From: Escherichia coli | Lineage (GTDB): Bacteria; Pseudomonadota; Gammaproteobacteria; Enterobacterales; Enterobacteriaceae | Strand: one strand, 5' to 3' | Assembly: GCF_003019035.1 (NCBI RefSeq) | Contig: NZ_CP027447.1 | DNA: 64,000 nt | In this document: one piece after another, positions 1-9,214 of the stretch | Layout of the letters: each line of letters begins with the position of its first letter | Numbering within the stretch: the first letter of the stretch is position 1 | The notes under the pieces: model-generated | Database searches by the model: none | The model's input: the letters and a program-made list of their open reading frames with translations, nothing else | What the model was told of the DNA's origin: nothing | Program-made: the position numbers and the translations under genes

Positions 1-897
1 GATAATGCCGATATTTTCCAGGGTGTGGTAAGCCAGCAGGCGCTGGATGTTGTGTTCCATCAACGCATACAGACCACCGACGAACGCGGTGATCATACCG
101 AGCACCAGCAGCGCGATCCCCCACCACAGCGGTGCGTTACCGCCCAGCAGTGACAGGGTTAAAATGCCCAGCAGGCCAATTTTCATGACTACCGTAGAAA
201 ACAACGCGGCAGCTGGCGCAGAGGCGTTAGCATGTGCCTGCGGCACCCAGCCGTGCAGCGGAATAATCCCTGCCAGCAGACCAAAGCCAATCACACCGAG
301 CAGCCAGATATCGGAACCGAGCGGCAGCTGTTGCATACGCATATCCAGCAGGCGCAGATCCAGCGTGCCGTAACGCTGCCACAGCAGCCAGCAAGCAATC
401 GCCAGCAGCAGAGTGCCAAGACGCCCCAGCGCAAACCACAGTTTGCCCTCTTTGCTGTTGCTGGTGAGGAACACCGCACACAGGGCCATGATTTCGGCCA
501 TTACCACGAACATGCCGAGGTTGCTGGCGATGACGGCACAGACGGCGGCAGCCATCAACATATTGATCTGCAAGCCGTTGCACTTCACCTGCGCGTGGCG
601 ATGCCAGTCAATGTTGTAGAGGCTGACAAACAGACCGCACATACCGAGCGTAATCAGCCAAATCGCGTTAAGCGGAGAGATTTGCACATCGTAGCTTACC
701 AGCGACAGCGCACCGCTCACGCCAACCGCGCCAGTCAGCACAGTAAAGCCCGCGGCTGCCGTATACAGGCTACCCACCGCGCCGCCAATTCCGGCTATCC
801 AGCCACTTAGCGCTTTTTGAAAAGAAAAGAGAAATGCCAGAACAGCGGCGGCGACAAACCACGCCACGCCGCTATTGATCAGGGAAATTGCGCTCAT
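1..897 (-). CDS. hycC: Formate hydrogenlyase membrane subunit HycC (NuoL/ND5-like), N-terminal ~299 codons; gene continues beyond window start
   Basis: Minus-strand frame open from ATG at 897 to window edge; own translation MSAISLINSGVAWFVAAAVLAFLFSFQKALSGW... is hydrophobic antiporter-like; overlaps hycB stop; operon context. Confidence 0.85.
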   Translation of the reverse strand, partial: MSAISLINSGVAWFVAAAVLAFLFSFQKALSGWIAGIGGAVGSLYTAAAGFTVLTGAVGVSGALSLVSYDVQISPLNAIWLITLGMCGLFVSLYNIDWHRHAQVKCNGLQINMLMAAAVCAVIASNLGMFVVMAEIMALCAVFLTSNSKEGKLWFALGRLGTLLLAIACWLLWQRYGTLDLRLLDMRMQQLPLGSDIWLLGVIGFGLLAGIIPLHGWVPQAHANASAPAAALFSTVVMKIGLLGILTLSLLGGNAPLWWGIALLVLGMITAFVGGLYALMEHNIQRLLAYHTLENIGII

Positions 898-1505
898 TTA
901 GCCTCTCCACTTTGAGCCTGCTGAAACAAGGTGAGATCGCCAAAGTCCGTGTTAAAGGTCAGCTCACGCTTACGTTTGCTGACGCGGGCGATATCGGTGT
1001 TATCCACCAGATGCAGGGCTTTAGTCGGGCACATCCGCACGCAGGCCGGACCTTGTTCATCAAAACTGCAAAGGTCACATTTGACGGCGATCGCGCGAAT
1101 ACCTGGCACCCAGTCAAGCAATGTGCTGACACGCGCCGGAGCAGGCGGTGCCGGTGGCGCTTTCGGGGTATTGGCGTTTGCCGGAATATCCAGCGGACGG
1201 CTGCCGGAAAATTCAATTGCGCCAAACGGGCAGGCGATGCCGCACAGTTTGCAGCTTACGCACAGACTTTCATTCAACTGCACGGCCCCATCAACGCGGG
1301 TGATGGCGTTAACCGGGCAAACCACCGCACAGGGCGCATCTTCACAGTGGTGACAGAGCTGCGGCGCAGATTCTTTTTCATTGAGCATCACTCGCAGGCG
1401 CGGCATTGATTGCAGGCCGTGCTGGCGATGCGTCTCTGAACAGGCAGCCTCACAAGTGTGGCAGCCGATACAGAGCGTGGAGTCAGCAATTACAAAACGA
1501 TTCAC
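894..1505 (-). CDS. hycB: Formate hydrogenlyase Fe-S subunit HycB (4Fe-4S ferredoxin-type, 203 aa)
   Basis: ORF 203 aa with multiple CxxCxxCxxxCP motifs; position between hycA and hycC. Confidence 0.93.
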   Translation of the reverse strand: MNRFVIADSTLCIGCHTCEAACSETHRQHGLQSMPRLRVMLNEKESAPQLCHHCEDAPCAVVCPVNAITRVDGAVQLNESLCVSCKLCGIACPFGAIEFSGSRPLDIPANANTPKAPPAPPAPARVSTLLDWVPGIRAIAVKCDLCSFDEQGPACVRMCPTKALHLVDNTDIARVSKRKRELTFNTDFGDLTLFQQAQSGEAK

Positions 1506-1629
1506 CAGGCATTCCTCAGGTGATTGTCATTTTTGACGAAAACATGCCGATGAAATGTCATTTTCGACACTCATCGACACGCCCATCCCCAAACAGGCGT
1601 AACGCCTGCAAAACGGGCAAAGCCTCAGC

Positions 1630-2091
1630 TCATGCTGCCGGGCTTTGTCCCTTTACCAGTTGGCTTAAATTCACCGGCACATTGTTTTCAATGGCGGTAT
1701 ATAAGCTGTCGTAAACGCCAGCGATTTTTTCGAGATAGTGTTCCAGAACCTGTTCGCGATCGCGGATGTTGACCTTGCCATCAATCATGCCGTCAATGCT
1801 CAGTTGCGCCTGCGCAATCCGCTGTTTGTCTTCACCCTCTTTCGTTTCGACGTAATACTCGATGGTGTGGCTGTTAAAGCCATCCGCCAGGGTGACGTAA
1901 ATACGAAAATGTTCAAAAAGGACGAAACAGAGTTCTTTGTCCGGCGCGCAGCTCATGGCGTGATGCAGGCGCGCTTTCGATAACGTGATCCCCTGAACCA
2001 GCGAATTACAGTAGATGTGCCACTGGTCCTGTAGGCGACGATGCCGCTGTGCGATGTAATCGGCTTTCTCGCTTATTTCCCAAATAGTCAT
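1630..2091 (-). CDS. hycA: Formate hydrogenlyase regulatory protein HycA (153 aa)
   Basis: ORF of 153 aa, first gene of hyc operon, divergent from hypA. Confidence 0.88.
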   Translation of the reverse strand: MTIWEISEKADYIAQRHRRLQDQWHIYCNSLVQGITLSKARLHHAMSCAPDKELCFVLFEHFRIYVTLADGFNSHTIEYYVETKEGEDKQRIAQAQLSIDGMIDGKVNIRDREQVLEHYLEKIAGVYDSLYTAIENNVPVNLSQLVKGQSPAA

Positions 2092-2127
2092 TGTCAGGTT
2101 ACCCGTTTAACAGAGATGCCAGCTTTA

Positions 2128-2143
2128 AGCATTTTTTATGCCA
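2128..2143 (-). promoter_or_regulatory. Sigma-54 -24/-12 promoter element for hyc operon (TGGCAT-N-TGCT on minus strand)
   Basis: Reverse complement reads TGGCATAAAAAATGCT with GG-N10-GC spacing, ~35 nt upstream of hycA start; FhlA-dependent operon. Confidence 0.5.
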
Positions 2144-2256
2144 ACTTTTAATTCATTGTTATTAAAACGATTTTTAAGCTAAAGATGAATTTCGTCGCCG
2201 TGTCGACGTGTCATTTCGACATCATCGACATTATTTACCGCAGGGATAATCAATGC

Positions 2257-2272
2257 TGGCACAATTATTGCT
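2257..2272 (+). promoter_or_regulatory. Sigma-54 -24/-12 promoter for hyp operon (TGGCAC-N5-TTGCT)
   Basis: Exact match to TGGCAC-N5-TTGC consensus ~30 nt upstream of hypA ATG. Confidence 0.6.
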
Positions 2273-2302
2273 TGTAGCTGGCAATAGTTAATGGGAGGCG
2301 AT

Positions 2303-2653
2303 ATGCACGAAATAACCCTCTGCCAACGGGCACTGGAATTGATCGAACAGCAGGCCGCAAAACACGGCGCAAAACGCGTAACTGGGGTCTGGCTCAAAAT
2401 TGGCGCATTTTCTTGTGTCGAAACCAGCTCTCTTGCCTTTTGTTTTGATCTGGTTTGCCGCGGCAGCGTGGCGGAAGGTTGTAAACTGCACCTCGAAGAA
2501 CAAGAGGCCGAATGCTGGTGTGAAACATGCCAACAGTATGTGACGCTACTGACCCAGCGCGTCCGCCGCTGTCCACAGTGTCATGGTGACATGCTACAGA
2601 TTGTGGCAGACGACGGTTTACAGATTCGGCGGATAGAAATAGACCAGGAGTGA
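2303..2653 (+). CDS. hypA: Hydrogenase nickel incorporation protein HypA (116 aa)
   Basis: ORF with CxxC...CxxC zinc motif; start chosen at MHEITLCQ; operon context. Confidence 0.9.
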   Translation: MHEITLCQRALELIEQQAAKHGAKRVTGVWLKIGAFSCVETSSLAFCFDLVCRGSVAEGCKLHLEEQEAECWCETCQQYVTLLTQRVRRCPQCHGDMLQIVADDGLQIRRIEIDQE

Positions 2654-2656
2654 GCG

Positions 2657-3529
2657 ATGTGTACAACATGCGGTTGCGGTGAAGGCAACCTGTATATCGA
2701 GGGTGATGAACATAACCCTCATTCCGCGTTTCGTAGCGCGCCATTTGCCCCGGCGGCACGCCCGAAGATGAAAATCACCGGCATTAAAACGTCTGAATTT
2801 ACCCCCAGCCAGACTGAAGAAGGCGACCTGCATTACGGTCATGGCGAAGCGGGCACTCACGCGCCGGGCATGAGCCAGCGTCGGATGCTGGAAGTCGAAA
2901 TTGACGTGCTGGACAAAAATAACCGTCTGGCTGAACGCAACCGCGCGCGCTTTGCTGCCCGCAAGCAACTGGTGCTCAACCTGGTTTCCAGCCCTGGTTC
3001 CGGTAAAACCACCCTGCTGACGGAAACCTTAATGCGCCTGAAAGACAGCGTTCCGTGTGCAGTTATTGAAGGCGACCAGCAAACCGTGAACGATGCCGCG
3101 CGCATTCGCGCTACCGGCACACCAGCGATTCAGGTGAACACCGGTAAAGGCTGCCATCTCGACGCTCAGATGATCGCCGACGCCGCACCGCGCCTGCCAC
3201 TGGCCGATAACGGTATTCTGTTTATCGAAAACGTTGGCAACCTCGTATGTCCGGCGAGCTTCGATCTCGGTGAAAAACACAAAGTGGCGGTGCTTTCCGT
3301 TACCGAAGGTGAAGACAAACCGCTGAAATATCCACATATGTTTGCCGCCGCCTCACTGATGCTGCTCAACAAAGTTGACCTGCTACCGTATCTCAATTTC
3401 GACGTTGAGAAGTGCATCGCCTGCGCCCGTGAAGTCAATCCAGAAATTGAAATCATCCTTATTTCCGCCACCAGCGGCGAAGGGATGGACCAGTGGCTGA
3501 ACTGGCTGGAGACACAGCGATGTGCATAG
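2657..3529 (+). CDS. hypB: Hydrogenase maturation GTPase HypB (290 aa)
   Basis: His-rich N-terminus, P-loop GSGKTT, 290 aa. Confidence 0.95.
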   Translation: MCTTCGCGEGNLYIEGDEHNPHSAFRSAPFAPAARPKMKITGIKTSEFTPSQTEEGDLHYGHGEAGTHAPGMSQRRMLEVEIDVLDKNNRLAERNRARFAARKQLVLNLVSSPGSGKTTLLTETLMRLKDSVPCAVIEGDQQTVNDAARIRATGTPAIQVNTGKGCHLDAQMIADAAPRLPLADNGILFIENVGNLVCPASFDLGEKHKVAVLSVTEGEDKPLKYPHMFAAASLMLLNKVDLLPYLNFDVEKCIACAREVNPEIEIILISATSGEGMDQWLNWLETQRCA

Positions 3530-3792
3530 GCGTTCCCGGCCAGATCCGCACCATTGACGGCAACCAGGCGAAAGTCGACGTCTGCGGTATTCAGCGCGAC
3601 GTCGACCTAACGTTAGTCGGCAGCTGCGATGAAAACGGTCAGCCACGTGTGGGCCAGTGGGTACTGGTTCACGTTGGCTTTGCCATGAGCATAATTAATG
3701 AAGCCGAAGCGCGCGACACTCTCGACGCCTTACAAAATATGTTTGACGTTGAGCCGGATGTCGGCGCGCTGTTGTATGGCGAGGAAAAATAA
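3520..3792 (+). CDS. hypC: Hydrogenase maturation factor HypC (90 aa)
   Basis: Starts MCIGVPGQI (conserved Cys2), 90 aa, overlaps hypB end. Confidence 0.9.
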   Translation: MCIGVPGQIRTIDGNQAKVDVCGIQRDVDLTLVGSCDENGQPRVGQWVLVHVGFAMSIINEAEARDTLDALQNMFDVEPDVGALLYGEEK

Positions 3793-4913
3793 TGCGTTTT
3801 GTTGATGAATATCGCGCGCCGGAACAGGTGATGCAGTTAATTGAGCATCTACGCGAACGTGCTTCACATCTCTCTTACACCGCTGAACGCCCTCTGCGAA
3901 TTATGGAAGTGTGCGGCGGCCATACCCACGCCATTTTTAAATTCGGCCTCGACCAGTTACTGCCGGAGAACGTTGAGTTTATCCACGGTCCGGGTTGCCC
4001 GGTATGTGTACTGCCGATGGGAAGAATCGACACCTGCGTGGAGATTGCCAGCCATCCGGAAGTCATCTTCTGTACCTTTGGCGACGCCATGCGCGTACCA
4101 GGGAAACAGGGGTCGTTGTTACAGGCAAAAGCGCGCGGTGCCGATGTGCGCATCGTTTACTCGCCAATGGATGCGTTAAAACTGGCGCAGGAGAATCCAA
4201 CCCGCAAAGTGGTGTTCTTCGGCTTAGGTTTTGAAACCACCATGCCGACCACCGCCATCACTCTGCAACAGGCAAAAGCCCGCGATGTGCAGAATTTTTA
4301 CTTCTTCTGCCAGCACATTACGCTCATCCCAACACTGCGCAGTTTGCTGGAACAGCCGGATAACGGTATCGACGCGTTCCTCGCGCCCGGCCACGTCAGT
4401 ATGGTTATCGGCACCGACGCCTATAATTTTATCGCCAGCGATTTTCATCGTCCGCTGGTGGTGGCTGGTTTCGAACCGCTTGATCTACTGCAAGGCGTGG
4501 TCATGCTGGTGGAGCAGAAAATAGCAGCCCACAGCAAGGTAGAGAATCAGTATCGTCGGGTGGTGCCGGATGCCGGTAACCTGCTGGCGCAACAGGCGAT
4601 TGCCGATGTGTTCTGTGTCAACGGCGACAGCGAATGGCGCGGCTTAGGCGTGATTGAATCTTCTGGTGTACACCTGACGCCGGATTATCAACGATTCGAT
4701 GCCGAAGCGCATTTCCGCCCGGCACCGCAGCAGGTCTGCGATGACCCGCGCGCACGTTGTGGCGAAGTATTAACGGGCAAATGTAAGCCGCATCAATGCC
4801 CGCTGTTTGGTAACACCTGTAATCCTCAAACCGCGTTTGGTGCGCTGATGGTTTCCTCCGAAGGAGCGTGCGCCGCGTGGTATCAGTATCGTCAGCAGGA
4901 GAGTGAAGCGTGA
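3792..4913 (+). CDS. hypD: Hydrogenase maturation factor HypD (373 aa)
   Basis: 373-aa ORF with CGxH and CPVC motifs, operon position. Confidence 0.95.
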   Translation: MRFVDEYRAPEQVMQLIEHLRERASHLSYTAERPLRIMEVCGGHTHAIFKFGLDQLLPENVEFIHGPGCPVCVLPMGRIDTCVEIASHPEVIFCTFGDAMRVPGKQGSLLQAKARGADVRIVYSPMDALKLAQENPTRKVVFFGLGFETTMPTTAITLQQAKARDVQNFYFFCQHITLIPTLRSLLEQPDNGIDAFLAPGHVSMVIGTDAYNFIASDFHRPLVVAGFEPLDLLQGVVMLVEQKIAAHSKVENQYRRVVPDAGNLLAQQAIADVFCVNGDSEWRGLGVIESSGVHLTPDYQRFDAEAHFRPAPQQVCDDPRARCGEVLTGKCKPHQCPLFGNTCNPQTAFGALMVSSEGACAAWYQYRQQESEA

Positions 4914-5920
4914 ATAATATCCAACTCGCCCACGGTAGCGGCGGCCAGGCGATGCAGCAATTAATCAACAGCCTGTTTATGGAAGCCTTTGCCAACCCGT
5001 GGCTGGCAGAACAGGAAGACCAGGCGCGCCTTGATCTGGCGCAACTGGTGGCGGAAGGCGACCGTCTGGCGTTCTCCACCGACAGTTACGTTATTGACCC
5101 GCTGTTCTTCCCTGGCGGTAATATCGGCAAGCTGGCGATTTGCGGCACCGCGAATGACGTTGCGGTCAGTGGCGCTATTCCGCGCTATCTCTCCTGTGGC
5201 TTTATCCTCGAAGAAGGATTGCCGATGGAGACACTGAAAGCCGTAGTGACCAGCATGGCAGAAACCGCCCGCGCGGCAGGCATTGCCATCGTTACTGGCG
5301 ATACTAAAGTGGTGCAGCGCGGCGCGGCAGATAAACTGTTTATCAACACCGCTGGCATGGGCGCAATTCCGGCGAATATTCACTGGGGCGCACAAACGCT
5401 AACCGCAGGCGATGTTCTGCTGGTGAGTGGAACTCTCGGCGACCACGGGGCGACTATCCTTAACCTGCGTGAGCAGCTGGGGCTGGATGGCGAACTGGTC
5501 AGCGACTGTGCGGTACTAACGCCGGTTATTCAGACGCTGCGTGACATTCCCGGCGTGAAAGCGCTGCGTGATGCCACCCGTGGTGGAGTGAACGCGGTAG
5601 TTCATGAGTTCGCGGCAGCCTGCGGTTGTGGTATTGAAATTTCAGAAGCGGCACTGCCGGTTAAACCTGCTGTACGCGGCGTTTGCGAACTGCTGGGACT
5701 GGACGCCCTTAATTTTGCCAACGAAGGCAAACTGGTGATCGCCGTTGAACGCAACGCAGCAGAGCAAGTGCTGGCGGCGTTACATTCCCATCCATTGGGA
5801 AAAGACGCGGCGCTGATTGGTGAAGTGGTGGAACGTAAAGGTGTTCGTCTTGCCGGTCTGTATGGCGTGAAACGAACCCTCGATTTACCACACGCCGAAC
5901 CGCTTCCGCGTATATGCTAA
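4910..5920 (+). CDS. hypE: Hydrogenase maturation factor HypE (336 aa, AIR-synthase-like)
   Basis: 336 aa ending ...PRIC, overlaps hypD stop. Confidence 0.95.
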   Translation: MNNIQLAHGSGGQAMQQLINSLFMEAFANPWLAEQEDQARLDLAQLVAEGDRLAFSTDSYVIDPLFFPGGNIGKLAICGTANDVAVSGAIPRYLSCGFILEEGLPMETLKAVVTSMAETARAAGIAIVTGDTKVVQRGAADKLFINTAGMGAIPANIHWGAQTLTAGDVLLVSGTLGDHGATILNLREQLGLDGELVSDCAVLTPVIQTLRDIPGVKALRDATRGGVNAVVHEFAAACGCGIEISEAALPVKPAVRGVCELLGLDALNFANEGKLVIAVERNAAEQVLAALHSHPLGKDAALIGEVVERKGVRLAGLYGVKRTLDLPHAEPLPRIC

Positions 5921-5993
5921 TAAAATTCTAAATCTCCTATAGTTAGTCAATGACCTTTTGCACCGCTTTGCGGTGCTTTCCTGGAAGAACAAA

Positions 5994-8072
5994 ATGTCAT
6001 ATACACCGATGAGTGATCTCGGACAACAAGGGTTGTTCGACATCACTCGGACACTATTGCAGCAGCCCGATCTGGCCTCGCTGTGTGAGGCTCTTTCGCA
6101 ACTGGTAAAGCGTTCTGCGCTCGCCGACAACGCGGCTATTGTGTTGTGGCAAGCGCAGACTCAACGTGCGTCTTATTACGCGTCGCGTGAAAAAGACACC
6201 CCCATTAAATATGAAGACGAAACTGTTCTGGCACACGGTCCGGTACGCAGCATTTTGTCGCGCCCTGATACGCTGCATTGCAGTTACGAAGAATTTTGTG
6301 AAACCTGGCCGCAGCTGGCCGCAGGTGGACTATACCCCAAATTTGGTCACTATTGCCTGATGCCACTGGCGGCGGAAGGGCATATTTTTGGTGGCTGTGA
6401 ATTTATTCGTTATGACGATCGCCCCTGGAGCGAAAAAGAGTTCAATCGTCTGCAAACATTTACGCAGATCGTTTCGGTCGTCACCGAACAAATCCAGAGC
6501 CGCGTCGTTAACAATGTCGACTATGAGTTGTTATGCCGGGAGCGCGATAACTTCCGCATCCTGGTTGCCATTACCAACGCGGTGCTTTCCCGCCTGGATA
6601 TGGACGAACTGGTCAGCGAAGTCGCCAAAGAAATCCATTACTACTTCGACATTGACGATATCAGCATCGTCTTACGCAGCCACCGTAAAAACAAACTCAA
6701 CATCTACTCCACTCACTATCTTGATAAACAGCATCCCGCCCACGAACAGAGCGAAGTCGATGAAGCCGGAACCCTCACCGAACGCGTCTTCAAAAGTAAA
6801 GAGATGCTGTTGATTAATCTCCACGAGCGGGACGATTTAGCCCCCTATGAACGCATGTTGTTCGACACCTGGGGCAACCAGATTCAAACCTTGTGCCTGT
6901 TACCGCTGATGTCTGGCGACACCATGCTGGGCGTGCTGAAACTGGCGCAATGCGAAGAGAAAGTATTTACCACTACCAATCTGAGCTTACTGCGCCAGAT
7001 TGCCGAACGTGTGGCAATCGCTGTCGATAACGCCCTCGCCTATCAGGAAATTCATCGTCTGAAAGAACGGCTGGTTGATGAAAACCTCGCCCTGACCGAG
7101 CAGCTCAACAATGTTGATAGTGAATTTGGCGAGATTATTGGCCGCAGCGAAGCCATGTACAGCGTACTTAAACAAGTTGAAATGGTGGCGCAAAGTGACA
7201 GTACCGTTCTGATCCTCGGTGAAACTGGTACAGGTAAAGAGCTGATTGCCCGCGCGATCCATAATCTCAGTGGGCGTAATAATCGCCGCATGGTCAAAAT
7301 GAACTGCGCGGCGATGCCTGCCGGATTGCTGGAGAGCGATCTATTTGGTCATGAGCGTGGGGCTTTTACCGGTGCCAGCGCTCAGCGCATTGGTCGTTTT
7401 GAACTGGCGGATAAAAGCTCACTATTCCTCGATGAAGTGGGCGATATGCCGCTGGAGTTACAGCCGAAGTTGCTGCGTGTATTACAGGAACAGGAGTTTG
7501 AACGTCTTGGCAGCAACAAAATCATTCAGACGGACGTACGTTTAATTGCCGCGACTAACCGCGATCTGAAAAAAATGGTCGCAGACCGAGAGTTCCGTAG
7601 CGATCTCTATTACCGCCTGAACGTATTCCCGATCCACCTGCCGCCACTACGCGAGCGTCCGGAAGATATTCCGCTGCTGGCGAAAGCCTTTACCTTCAAA
7701 ATTGCCCGTCGTCTGGGGCGCAATATCGACAGCATTCCTGCCGAGACGCTGCGCATCCTGAGCAACATGGAATGGCCGGGCAACGTGCGTGAGCTGGAAA
7801 ACGTCATCGAGCGCGCGGTATTGCTGACACGTGGCAACGTGCTGCAGCTGTCATTGCCTGATATTGCTTTACCAGAACCTGAAACGCCGCCTGCCGCAAC
7901 GGTTGTCGCTCAGGAGGGCGAAGATGAATATCAGTTGATTGTTCGCGTGCTGAAAGAAACTAACGGCGTGGTTGCCGGACCTAAAGGCGCTGCGCAACGT
8001 CTGGGGCTGAAACGCACGACCCTGCTGTCACGGATGAAGCGACTGGGAATTGATAAATCGGCATTGATTTAA
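5994..8072 (+). CDS. fhlA: Formate hydrogenlyase transcriptional activator FhlA (sigma-54 enhancer-binding protein, 692 aa)
   Basis: GAF domains plus AAA+ sigma-54 activator motifs (GETGTGKE, GAFTGA) and C-terminal HTH; start at MSYTPMSD. Confidence 0.95.
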   Translation: MSYTPMSDLGQQGLFDITRTLLQQPDLASLCEALSQLVKRSALADNAAIVLWQAQTQRASYYASREKDTPIKYEDETVLAHGPVRSILSRPDTLHCSYEEFCETWPQLAAGGLYPKFGHYCLMPLAAEGHIFGGCEFIRYDDRPWSEKEFNRLQTFTQIVSVVTEQIQSRVVNNVDYELLCRERDNFRILVAITNAVLSRLDMDELVSEVAKEIHYYFDIDDISIVLRSHRKNKLNIYSTHYLDKQHPAHEQSEVDEAGTLTERVFKSKEMLLINLHERDDLAPYERMLFDTWGNQIQTLCLLPLMSGDTMLGVLKLAQCEEKVFTTTNLSLLRQIAERVAIAVDNALAYQEIHRLKERLVDENLALTEQLNNVDSEFGEIIGRSEAMYSVLKQVEMVAQSDSTVLILGETGTGKELIARAIHNLSGRNNRRMVKMNCAAMPAGLLESDLFGHERGAFTGASAQRIGRFELADKSSLFLDEVGDMPLELQPKLLRVLQEQEFERLGSNKIIQTDVRLIAATNRDLKKMVADREFRSDLYYRLNVFPIHLPPLRERPEDIPLLAKAFTFKIARRLGRNIDSIPAETLRILSNMEWPGNVRELENVIERAVLLTRGNVLQLSLPDIALPEPETPPAATVVAQEGEDEYQLIVRVLKETNGVVAGPKGAAQRLGLKRTTLLSRMKRLGIDKSALI

Positions 8073-8116
8073 CAGATGTGGTTATACTCGATCAACATTC
8101 AATGAAAGGAGGCAGT

Positions 8117-8545
8117 ATGGCAGTTTCAGCAAGAAATCAATTAACCGGAACAGTTAGCGCAGTAGCAATGGGCGCTGTGAATGACGAAGTAGAACTGACG
8201 CTGGCAGGTGGTGCAAAGCTGGTGGCAATTGTGACTCACAGCAGCCAGCAAGCGCTGGGTCTGGCGAAAGGGAAAGAAGCGATTGCCCTGATTAAAGCCC
8301 CGTGGGTAACGCTGGCAACGGAAGACTGTGGACTGAAATTCTCTGCTCGCAACCAGTTTGCTGGCAGCGTGTCGACAATCACCGAAGGCGCAGTGAACGC
8401 CACTGTCCATATCAAAACGGATGCGGGTTTTGAAATTGTGGCAGTGGTAACAAATGAAAGTCAGGATGAAATGAAACTCACCACTGGCTCGCGCGTTATT
8501 GCATTGATCAAAGCATCAGCCATCCTGATTGCCACCAAAGCGTAA
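8117..8545 (+). CDS. Tandem Mop/TOBE-domain molybdate-binding protein (molbindin-like, 142 aa)
   Basis: Two repeated ~70-aa units each beginning SARNQ(L/F)xG(T/S)V; strong GGAGG RBS 5 nt upstream of ATG 8117; E. coli-like codon usage. Confidence 0.8.
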   Translation: MAVSARNQLTGTVSAVAMGAVNDEVELTLAGGAKLVAIVTHSSQQALGLAKGKEAIALIKAPWVTLATEDCGLKFSARNQFAGSVSTITEGAVNATVHIKTDAGFEIVAVVTNESQDEMKLTTGSRVIALIKASAILIATKA

Positions 8546-8556
8546 GCGCCTTATTT

Positions 8557-8579
8557 GCCGGAGAGTATGGCTCTCCGGC
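8557..8579 (+). terminator. Hairpin (9-bp stem GCCGGAGAG/CTCTCCGGC) after the Mop gene, followed by T-rich tract
   Basis: Perfect inverted repeat with 5-nt loop read directly. Confidence 0.4.
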
Positions 8580-8583
8580 AGAT

Positions 8584-8928
8584 TTATTTCTTTGGACGAT
8601 ATTTTTCTGGCAACTCCGGCACCGGACGCTTGTCATCGATGAGATGACGCACGGTTAAGATCGGATGACGCCACAGCATTCTCGGCCCGGCCCAACGCAT
8701 AATCTGTTTCATCTCTTCACGCTTTGCAGGCTGGTAACAGTGCACCGGACACTGCTTACAGGCTGGTTTCTCTTCGCCGAACACACATTTATCCAGCCGC
8801 TTTTGCGCGTAGGCAAACAGCGCGTCGTAATGCTCCGGCTCCGCTGACGCCTGCGGGCATTTCGCTTGATAAAGATCGATCATTTTTTTAATCGTCAGTT
8901 TTTCACGAGAGATACGCTTGCCGGACAT
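8584..8928 (-). CDS. ygbA: Small Cys-rich protein YgbA (114 aa)
   Basis: 114-aa ORF divergent from mutS, conserved Cys residues; matches remembered YgbA position. Confidence 0.8.
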   Translation of the reverse strand: MSGKRISREKLTIKKMIDLYQAKCPQASAEPEHYDALFAYAQKRLDKCVFGEEKPACKQCPVHCYQPAKREEMKQIMRWAGPRMLWRHPILTVRHLIDDKRPVPELPEKYRPKK

Positions 8929-9214
8929 GCTGCCTCCATACTCTTAAGGTGTATTTATATTACAACTTAATTTGAAAGGGGACTATGGCTCTGAAGGAGG
9001 AGGTTTATTCAACCGACGCAATTTTGCGTACTTGCTTCATAAGCATCACGCAAAAGCTGCAAAACAGCATCTTTCCCGGAATCACCATCAAGAACTCGCC
9101 GTTCGCTTCTTCCCCTGAAATGATTAACTCCGGTATCATGTGCGCCTTATGTGATTACAACGAAAATAAAAACCATCACACCCCATTTAATATCAGGGAA
9201 CCGGACATAACCCC

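Noticed and set aside
47-810. Plus-strand ORFs of 108, 192 and 68 aa at the window start
   Set aside because: Antisense or out of frame relative to hycC, whose minus-strand frame is open to the window edge and translates to an antiporter-like protein.
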